This document shows positions 54,801 through 64,000 of a stretch of 64,000 nucleotides of DNA, piece after piece. Both the position numbers and the translations under genes were made by a program. The notes beneath the pieces are model-generated. The model worked only from the letters and a program-made list of their open reading frames with translations, did not search any database and was not told the DNA's origin. How positions within the stretch are numbered: the first letter of the stretch is position 1; every line of letters starts with the position of its first letter. The stretch is from contig NW_002060949.1 in NCBI RefSeq assembly GCF_000150275.1, forward strand, positions 2,725,836 to 2,789,835, written 5' to 3'. This DNA is from Trichoplax adhaerens. Lineage: Eukaryota; Animalia; Placozoa.

Positions 54801-57099
54801 TTATTTATTTATTTATGAATAATCCCTAATACACAGGACTTACATCTTTCACTTAATAAACAAATTATGCGATATAAATCTGTTATTGTCACACACATAC
54901 TGTATATTCGAGTCTGTGAACAACGGTACAATGTTTACTTGCACTTCTTAAAATATGTCGATCGTAAAATATTGATGGTTATTAAGAAGGGCACTATTAA
55001 TTATTTTGAAATATATCACTAACCAGTATCATCAGATAAACCCACAAATCATCTTGTTCCATACAAAACAAGAAGTCATGAATTTCGTCTGTGTACTTTG
55101 ATGATACCTATACTATGTAATCACACTATTAAGGTATTATAACCAACTTATATTTCAGTTTGATGAGATATCCAGCTGATTTTAACTCGTAAATAGTCAT
55201 TTTAAAAACAACGTGCTGATTCTAAAATATAATATCGTAATGTTTATTCGTAAAAATTTTATTCTACCATTCTTCTTCGTATTCATAATTATTGACGTAA
55301 ACTAAGTATAATATTTTATTTTATACGTCATAATCAACTTTTAGATAGAAAAATAAAATATGTAATAGTTAAAGATCGTTTTAATTTAATTCCATTGCTG
55401 TCATCCATGACGGTTATCGAATAAGCCTTCACACAATTCGTTTATTTGGTTCTCTTTTGTATCTCATGTATTGTAATGAAGGCTTTTAAATGTATTAAGA
55501 CTTCGTGGGTGAATTAATTCTTTATATATTAATACATACTTTAGGATAATGTATAATTTATACGATAAAAATACATAGCAATATGTCTAAGCGACAACAG
55601 AATAGTTAGTTCTATTCACGAATAACTCGGTAAACTCTAACGAGACGGCATCATGTCTAATTTTCTAAATCATTCTAAATCATTATAAATATTAAAAATG
55701 AACCCTACTGCAGCATCGTGATAAGTGATGATAATTTCAACCGATACTTAGTATCTTCCTTTATAAAGTATTAATCCTTCACCTCTGTCACGCGTCACAC
55801 CCTCGATATTTCTGATATTTCTAATGAGGAAATATTAATAATTTAATTTATATATTAAATTTGAAGCAATCTTATTAATATCTGCTATACTTATCTGCAA
55901 GAACTGTTAATTACAGTACAAGTTCTACCAGTCTGTCCGAAAAGATACTTATTATACAAGGGTTTAATCAGTTACTAATAACTGTCGAATACTGTTGTGA
56001 TTTTCTGACTTATTTGATATCTTTCACTATCCTTCGGTTCATTTAGTATACTGGATAAATATTAGAAATTAAATGGCCGATATCTTTATTAATTTAAATT
56101 GGATTATTAGTTAGATATTAGGTTAATAACGTATGTTTTCATAAGCTTACAGAGTTACTGTACTGTATTCGGTAACAATAACCTGATGTACTGTACAGTA
56201 TAGTACTACTAGTATTAAACGGACTGTAGAAAATTGTCTTACTTTTGCAGTTGTTGATATTTACCATTTCCGTTAGCAAGTGGTTGACTTATCTTGAATG
56301 CCTTCCTGATAGATTAAGTTCTATAATGATTAATAATTTTGTTTCCATCACCTTCAATTGTTGCTTTTATTTTGTATAATACGTTTGATGTACTGTACAT
56401 CACCACACTGAATATTGTAATTTAAAATTGATAAATACTAAATGAATAATGAATTTTATCTGAAATAAATAGATTTGGGATAATAAAATAACAACATTGT
56501 TATGCTCTTTTAATATACCGTAGTCTATTCTTATTAGTAGTAGTTAGGCCAGGTATGCATGTAGAATTGTGGGGACGTAAATTGGCGAAGCACGACAATA
56601 TGGCGATATCGTACAGCCGGTACGGTACTGATTAATTATAAATTAGACAATACCCGTACATTTAATTTAAAACAATAATGGGACTTTATTACTACTGCGA
56701 TTTTAATCATTATAGCGCCCATTTAACGTGCTGATTAATCTATCACATTCTATATACCTATTAAATTTATAAATCGAAAATCTATTTAATTTCGTATAAA
56801 TGCCTTTAGATACGGTACGTCAATAACATCTAGGCGGTCTACGACCATTATAACACTAGCTTTCTCTCCGAATACTATATGAACACCGGCTATGCTGCAC
56901 CAGCATACGTGTAAGCAGAACTCTCTTGCCAATTATTCGAAGGGAAATATTTCATTACGAGACAGTAAATTGATCTCGAAAGTAACGGTATCAGAATTAA
57001 TGCGTTATGATTACCAATAGTGTTCGAATAAAGGCTACATAGTAATAGTCCAATACACTAGGATTATGAAGGCATGGAATACGATTTTTATCAACTGAT

Positions 57100-57470
57100 G
57101 GTACGATTTAGAATAAAATCCCTTCATTGATTTGAAATATTGGCTACGGTATTTTGGATGTAATAATATAGGGGTAACCCTATCCCCAACATTAGCAGGG
57201 CCTTCACTGAATATATTTACCAAAACGATATAAAATTATAAAACTTAGAAACAGATCTGTTAAGGCCACATATGCAGTATACTAAGGATTCAATGATGCT
57301 AACCTAATTATTCGAAAAATTTTATCAGATATCGGTCTTGAACCATTGAAATTGTATCATCTGCTGACATGTCGACCGTTACTATCAGAGCTTCCCAAGG
57401 TAAATTCCCAACATCATTAAATTATCAATTTAAAATTTCATATCCCTTTTATCTAAACAATATTTCATAA
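57100..57470 (-). mobile_element. Possible degenerate Penelope-like reverse-transcriptase fragment
   Basis: Minus-strand reading from 57418: NDVGNLPWEALIVTVDMSA, resembling the PLE RT motif LPxxAxLVTxDVxS. About 60 codons later comes EGPANVGDRVTP, loosely like QxxGxAMGxxxxP. Stops and frameshifts intervene. Confidence 0.3.
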
Positions 57471-57613
57471 TATCATTCTTTCCGTTAATAGTCCAGACTA
57501 ATCCTTTTGCTATCTAACGATTTCCGGATGATTTGAAAACGTCATAAAATCAAATAAAATTACAGATAAAAGTCGATTTTATTTGCAGATAGACAATTTA
57601 CATATTGTAAAAA

Positions 57614-59736
57614 CTAATCGTCCTTGTGGAACTCAAAATGTACGTCCTTGCCAGTTAATCTTTTATAAGCTGCAACAAATGCTTCTTTCTATTGAGTAAA
57701 ACATACAGAACAGTATATTATTTACACATTAGTTTTAGAACATACAAAGTAATAGCCAAAACTTGGTCTTACCTTATGTTCTAAATTTTGTCGTTCCTTT
57801 TCTTCCAAATATCTACAATGCACGTAACAAAAATGTTACTTACTTTACAGTCTTCAAGCAATTACACATACCTTATATACTGTTGAAAACATCAAATCAC
57901 TTACACTTTAATTAGCCTTGATCCGTCAATACGAACTAATGTTCGTTTTCCTATAATTTCTGAAGGGAATACCAAATCCTCCAAGATTGAATCATGCACA
58001 GCCGTAAGAGTTCGGCTGGTAAATAAACATATTAGCAACTCATTAATTTCTCGCTGTTAAACTTGACGTGCGTTGCAAAGGTGCCAAGTGTAGAATTACA
58101 TAAGAGCAGTTGACTACTCACCTTCTAGGCCTTGGCTGCTTACTTTTCCTTTGCTTTCTCGTAGGCTTTTTAAGGATACGACGCTATGAGGTAACAAATA
58201 CATAACATAAGCAACTATAATTCACTTAAATCTCCCACTTGATAACATAGCTACATAACAATTTACGTCATTAGCTGATGTACTACTATCCAATTATAAT
58301 TACCTGAGCAACGATTACAACAGAGCTACCAGAGAACTTCTTTTCTAACTCACGAACTAAACGAGGCTGTACGAATTGAAAAAAAAATCATGGACATCAT
58401 GTTAATAACATCAAGTTAAGAGCACTAATCACTCTAGCCCAGCAATGGCAATACAGCATCTATACCGACAATATATACGGGTAATAACTTTATCATTACC
58501 TGGATAACTTGAAATGAACGCAACTGAGGAAAAGGTACAGAAATAATGATAGCTTTCTTGTTTAGCACATCAATTTCCTAAAATAGCATAAATATTGTGT
58601 ATTAGAACCTATTAATCTTTGCTTAAAGAATAATCTGTATATTATAGTTCAATATATATATCTAACCTTAGCTGCAGAAATCTGTAATTCTCGAAGTTGG
58701 TTTTTCAAATCGGAATTCAGTTCCAGCTCAAGAATTGCCTAATGTTTACATATGGTTAACAAGTATTAGGACTGATAGCTTCTGAAAGCTACGTTAAATC
58801 GAATAACAGTCCTTCTGTTAGAAACTGGCTAAATCTAACATTATATTACTTTACGCATGAAATCATTTCTGATTCGTAGTTAAACGACAGGCTGTGATAA
58901 TTTACAAATGGATTTGCCTTTTCAAAACGACAAGTCAAGCCTTTCAGTATATTAAGGGAACGGTTTGTTACGATAGCTAAGTTGATACTGTAATATTGTA
59001 AAGATTTCATACATTACACATTTAGTTTCGCTAATAGCAAACAACCCTTGAACTAGTACAGATTGAATGCCATTACTCCGTTACTATTGCAAGTTGCAAC
59101 ATGGGGCACTATACAATAATAAGGTTATGATGAACCCTAAATAGCAATCTAGCAGCCTATTTATAAGTACAGTACGAAGTAAACCTTACGTTGACTACGA
59201 TTTACTCATGGTAAGTAGAGATTCATGGCCTAATCAGAGACCATTAGTTCCTGGCCTAATTCAAAGTCGATAGGCGTAGTGCGGGTCTCAGTCTATCGTT
59301 GACTGAATATACAAGGGCAACTATCACTCATTTTTTATTTTGTCTTTAAAGCGATCTATTGACGCTATCCATAGCGATCTCCGTTCTCTTAATACTTGAA
59401 AATCTGGTTGAGTTGGCATCCTAGCAAACTGCCATCAAATCAATGTAATCTTACTAGCAAACATATTCTACTGTAGTAGTCTATCAACATCTTCCTTCTT
59501 GATCAGTTTGAGCGGTATGATCGATGATGTAAAAATCGGCGTATTATGACTGTTTCGTTGACCTATTTTTATCTCTCTACCTAGCTTTGGATGCTATCCA
59601 AGATATAGCACAAAGTTCCTTATAAAATAGAACAGCAAATTAATGTCATAGCCTACAGTACCTGAGCAACAGACTGCTCGAACTCATCGGGTTGTTCGTT
59701 ATTGGGCTTGAGGATTTTGGCTGCGGCTGACAACAT
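57614..59736 (-). CDS. RPS7: 40S ribosomal protein S7 (eS7), 8 coding exons, 191 aa
   Basis: Missed by the ORF track. Exons 59736-59662, 58738-58667, 58577-58500, 58366-58304, 58183-58122, 58015-57905, 57812-57773, 57688-57614 (576 nt). Translation: [53 protein letters not shown]...[12 protein letters not shown]...[28 protein letters not shown]...[19 protein letters not shown] on - at 57583-57578. Confidence 0.97.
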
Positions 59737-59926
59737 GATGGCGTTGACTACCTATTCATATTCAACAAGACGTATATAAGAAAATTTTAAATCATCCAAC
59801 TACAATCGATGGATAATCTCAAGTGAAATTAATGTTAAAATTATTTTGTAGTAAAAAGGGATGGATATGATGCCCCAAATAGCAGTAGGATGAAATTGTT
59901 AACGACATGCTAAAAAATGCTCATAC

Positions 59927-60031
59927 CTTTTTCGGATCGCCACAAGGAAAGAGAACGAACGACCACAATGCCTTGAGTAAGTAGGAAAAGGTTGGTCACG
60001 ATTGGCGCAGGCGTATTCCTTGCCGCACGTG
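59927..60031 (-). promoter_or_regulatory. RPS7 core promoter and non-coding exon 1 with TCT/5'TOP initiator
   Basis: On -, TTCTCTTTCCTT (CTCTTTCC = 59953-59946) is followed by a short exon ending AAAG|gtatga (59927) that splices to the acceptor at 59752. CCAAT lies at 60005-60001 and E-box CACGTG at 60026-60031. Confidence 0.75.
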
Positions 60032-60044
60032 CAAAATTTGACGA

Positions 60045-61035
60045 GTGTACTGTACACAGTCAGTACAGTACCGTACAGTACAGTACTGTGTACTGTACTG
60101 TACGTACTGTACATGATTAGAACAGTACAGTACTGTACTGTACAGTACTGTAGTTTCCGCCTTTCCGGTACAGAAAGTACACCAATACTGCGTATAACAC
60201 AGAACAGTATAGTACAGTGTACAGTGTATAAGTTACAGTACACATACTGTAGCCCACGATATACAGTACTGTACACTGTAGTGCGTTGTGATACTCTAAT
60301 GATGCTTTAACGCATAATTAGTAGTTTCCGCCTTTCCGGTATAGAAAGTACACCAATACTGTCTGTAGGACTGTATCTACTGTACTGAACAGTACAGTAC
60401 TGTAGTCCACGACATACTGTACACTGTAGTGCGTTGTGATACTGTTAATGGTGCTACAAGTACACGTTGTACTGTACAGTAGTCTCAATAGGTAGTATAA
60501 TTACATGATGCCGGAGACTAATGTACAGTACAGTACAGTACAGCACAGTACAGTACAGTACTGTACAGTACAGTACATACTGTACTGTACACTCACACAG
60601 TACAGTACCCTGGGTGTCTCATAAAAAATCTACGATGATTGAAGTTATACTGTATTAGTACTGTACAGTACATACTACGGTACACGAACTACAGAATTGT
60701 ACCGGTACTGGTACTGTACCTAACGGACTTACAGTACTGTACAGTAATAAAGTTTCTCTTCTCTGAAACAGTTCTCTCTCGTCTCAGTCTAGAAGTAGAA
60801 AGACATACTGTAGCATTGCAGTTAGGATTAGAACATGTCGTGCATATGTCATACTGTAGAGTTAAGAAAATCTCGATGGTCATACAGCATACACTAGTAT
60901 ATACGAGTATAGAACAGGAATTGGTAGAAATCTGTATGTTATCCATTTTCTGTATTTAAACCTACTGTATGATTTAACGTTCGACAGAAGATGAAACTAC
61001 AGGGCATACTATAATTTTACAGTACAACTGTAGAC
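60045..61035. repeat. Self-complementary (GTACA/GTACT)n low-complexity island with an internal ~171-bp-period duplication
   Basis: Dozens of TACAG/CTGTA/GTAC units, densest at 60045-60745. A duplicated block GTAGTTTCCGCCTTTCCGGTA.AGAAAGTACACCAATACTG...TACTGTACACTGTAGTGCGTTGTGATACT occurs at 60150-60306 and 60321-60455. Confidence 0.88.
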
Positions 61036-61847
61036 TGCATTTCTCTTCAATATTATTCAAACATGATGACAATCAAAACTAGGGAGTTCATTATTTTCAG
61101 TATTGCAATTTTTAAAGATAATAAAAGATTGGTTACGAAATGGTCTTCTACTGTATTACTGTACATTCATTCAATTCACATGACAACAAAGTTCCATTAA
61201 ATTTGAATGTGATACCAAACAATAGTTTAATGATGATCATGACTTGATGAATTCGTAAAAATATCGATAAACATAGAAAAATTGATTTTTATATAGATCC
61301 ATCAAACAGTAAAATCAATTTGTTTAGAAATTATTAGGATATTACAAGTAGCACTATCAACAGAACAATACAATAAGCTCCATTATATATCATATATAGA
61401 TTTATGGGTATATATATAATACATTGACTAAATAAACTGGCATTGAAATACAATGCGTTTGGTGCACTGTAAATAGTTCATACAATAATATTTTAATTTG
61501 GATGTCAAAGTGTGTCGCAATGAATATCGGTGAATTGGATTGAAATATAAAAATCGATGGCTAAATTTCAGCAATAACAGTATTCATATCATACGGTATT
61601 GTATGCGATACATTACAATCAATGATCATATCTTCAGGTTGATATGTACGTACACTACTGCAGCTAAGGTGGCATTGGGATAAGTTTTCCTTATAAATGT
61701 TTCTTAAGCCTGTTCAATAATATCCAGATATTATCGAATACACCGGTTAAATATTGAAAAAATTAGTTGAAATCTAGTCCATTGTTAATAGTATCATTCC
61801 GTAAGAGTTGGTGATATTCACAAATGCTATTATGACATCGTGACTTT

Positions 61848-63982
61848 TCAAGCCTTTCCATGGCTTAAGGAGCTGTCACTATCTTTTCTAATCATTTCTT
61901 CACGTGTTTCTTCCTGCGTTAAAAAAAATCATAATGGAACATTCTATTATCAGGCCCACGTTTATTACTTTATTTATCCAAGATATTTAACTATTTATCG
62001 ATATAATTTAAACTTTTTTATACAAATTATTATACGGATTTCATCAATGAATATCGTGTTACATATGCATCAATTCTGCAATCGAATTGCATAGTGAATC
62101 CTATAGCAGCATTTGATAATGATTATATCAACTTACCGTGGACAATGTCTTCGAATTGATATCGTCTAGAATAGCATTACATAAAAGATAAATACAATTT
62201 AAATTTCTCATTCATCAAGTAGTCATAAACCCAAGCAAGATACTTTGTAGCTTCAGAAATAATGATGAAATGATTATCAAGTATGAAGATTTTTGGTCTA
62301 TACAGCACCTTAATGTTTTTAATATAGATTATGATGCTATCAGCACTTTAACAATTACCTGATGAAAAATAATCACTAGGAGCTACTTTTGCTCGGCTAC
62401 GAGAACCTAGGTTCTTCTGTTTATTTCGCTTCATAGTCTAATTTTGAGAAAGTCGTACATAAAAATAAGATAACTATTATAATTAATTAGTTTATCCAAA
62501 GTTAATAAAAATTTTGTTTAGTAATTAAATTTATTAGACAGCCTTAATACAGAAAATGTGTACATATTGATGCTGTTAAAATAATTTTGAATTAAAACCT
62601 TCAACGGTGATCCTGAGCTGCTGGACTCATAACTAAATTTATTCGATTGGCGTGCTAATTTCGATTTAATCTGTAAAGAGTTCAATTATAGTTTTATAGA
62701 GGGTATTTTTTAAGCTATTAAATTGATAGGAAGTAATGTTAACCTCTGAATTGAAGCAGCAGTGAAAGAGGAAAAAGAAAAATCCCTGTGAAATAACAAG
62801 AAAATACCGCGTTAGTTCAAAATAGGAATAATTTGCTCTTACATGTACGTTTCTTATCTACATTAGATACTAGCTAATGTATAAGTACGAAACTTAGCTA
62901 CTTTACCTGCAAGCCGTTAAAGATCACAAAGATGTAACTAAAGACAATAGTATTACTATCCACTGATAACAGACCAAATAGCCAAGTCAGACCCAATAAA
63001 GGTAAAAGAACAGTAACTGCTCTGAGGCTAGATCTACGAATACGAAAGATATTGCTTAGTTATGATAAAAACTTTATGTTGTGGACTTTTATTTAAATTG
63101 TCTAGATACATAAACGAAGACTAGTAATAAATGAAGCCTTACTTGAAGCTTTTCCAGTGGCCTTGGTTCTTTTGAACAATTTGAAACTTAGCCTTACCAA
63201 CAACAATTCTCACCACAGTAGCCAATATCAATGTATTTATCTTTAGAAGGTAAGTAAGTAAAAATCAGATTCTAAAAGCACACGCTATTGCAGAAAGAAT
63301 AACTCTGAAATTGCTATCATAATAATATGTTTTCATTAAAGCGACATAATTCAAGTAGAATATAGCAGACTTACTGAAATTATGACTATAGCTGGGGCAA
63401 CAAATGCCCAAATCAATCCGTTTTTGACGGATAACCAACACCTAGACAAGAGAAGAATATAGACATTATTACTACGAAAATAAGTAAACCATTCATTTCA
63501 TAAATAACATTAATTTAAATGAGGCGCATGTCGAATTGTACTTTCTCTATATTCTGTAGTATCGCAATATCATTTAACTTACACGCTATTTGTTCCGTAA
63601 TCTTGATGTCTAACAGCAACAGATATAATGGTAATGATAAGTGGAATACCTATTAGAGGATAATACAAGCATCTATTTTAATAAATGACTTAGTTAGTAC
63701 TTCTATATACTCTTCTAAGATTAAAACTGTTAAATTTTGTTACTGATTTTTAATCACAAGGGTATTTGTTTTAAAGAATAAAATATCATTAAGATCTCTC
63801 TGCATGTTCGTATATAAATTTATATGCTTACCCCATCCAAGAGAGTAATATATAATTGTTTTAGATTTGGTCTCAAATACTGTTACTATTTGGAAGTAAA
63901 GATGTATGCCTTCAACTAACATCCATGAAAAGATCGCAAGAAAGAAAAAGTGTTGATAGATAGCTAAAAATTTGCATGGCAC
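61848..63982 (-). CDS. Adhesion-class (secretin-like 7TM) GPCR, ADGRD1/GPR133- or latrophilin-like; 3' portion only (TM3 to C-terminus)
   Basis: Exons 63982-63832, 63649-63583, 63441-63375, 63240-63143, 63033-62907, 62785-62744, 62670-62599, 62437-62359, 62165-62137, 61913-61848. Motifs: CKFLAIYQHFFFLAIFSWMLVEGIHLY, YYSLGWGIP, CWLSVKNGLIWAFVAP, LLPLLGLTWLFG, FNGLQGFFFFLFHCCFNSEI. The 5' exons lie beyond the window. The tail exons are less certain. Confidence 0.9.
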
Positions 63983-64000
63983 CTATAGAGAGAATTCATT

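Noticed and set aside
57035-57223. LLHPKYRSQYFK as a hAT transposase motif
   Set aside because: One short motif with no other transposase features or TIRs; it overlaps the equally weak PLE-RT interpretation.
58741-58780. U17/snR30-like motifs (GTCCTA...AACCAT...ACATT) at the 3' end of the long RPS7 intron
   Set aside because: The motifs are imperfect, too close together to form the U17 3' hairpin, and overlap the branch/acceptor region.
60608-60630. CTGGGTGTCTCATAAAAAA resembling a Tc1/mariner TIR start
   Set aside because: No matching inverted partner or transposase found in the window.
59899-60959. Four Tyr/Cys/Thr/Val-rich ORFs
   Set aside because: Artefacts of the stop-poor GTACA/GTACT repeat.

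Overview
AT-rich eukaryotic (animal) genomic DNA with short GT-AG introns, so the ORF track captures only fragments of the real genes. The composition, compact introns, vertebrate-like intron positions and gene content suggest an early-branching metazoan such as a placozoan (Trichoplax-like); this is inference, not established. Manual splicing gives seven genes: Rab10 (-, 8 exons, 205 aa), MAK/ICK ciliary kinase (+, 12 exons, 571 aa), an L3MBTL chromatin reader (-, 12 exons, 731 aa; FCS finger, 3xMBT, SAM), an intronless NEK6/7-like kinase (+, 294 aa), a single-exon PRRT3/4-like multipass membrane protein (-), ribosomal protein eS7/RPS7 (-, 8 coding exons, 191 aa, TCT/5'TOP start) and the 3' part of an adhesion-type GPCR (-, runs off the right edge). 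Non-coding features include an RFX X-box cluster upstream of MAK, a 3x ~180-bp tandem repeat, an orphan promoter-like motif cluster near 28.4 kb, a 70-bp palindrome at 47.9 kb, a ~1-kb self-complementary GTACA/GTACT island beside the RPS7 promoter, and weak relics of retroelements. I found no CRISPR array, rRNA or tRNA, and no clearly novel multi-gene system. The best leads are regulatory and evolutionary.
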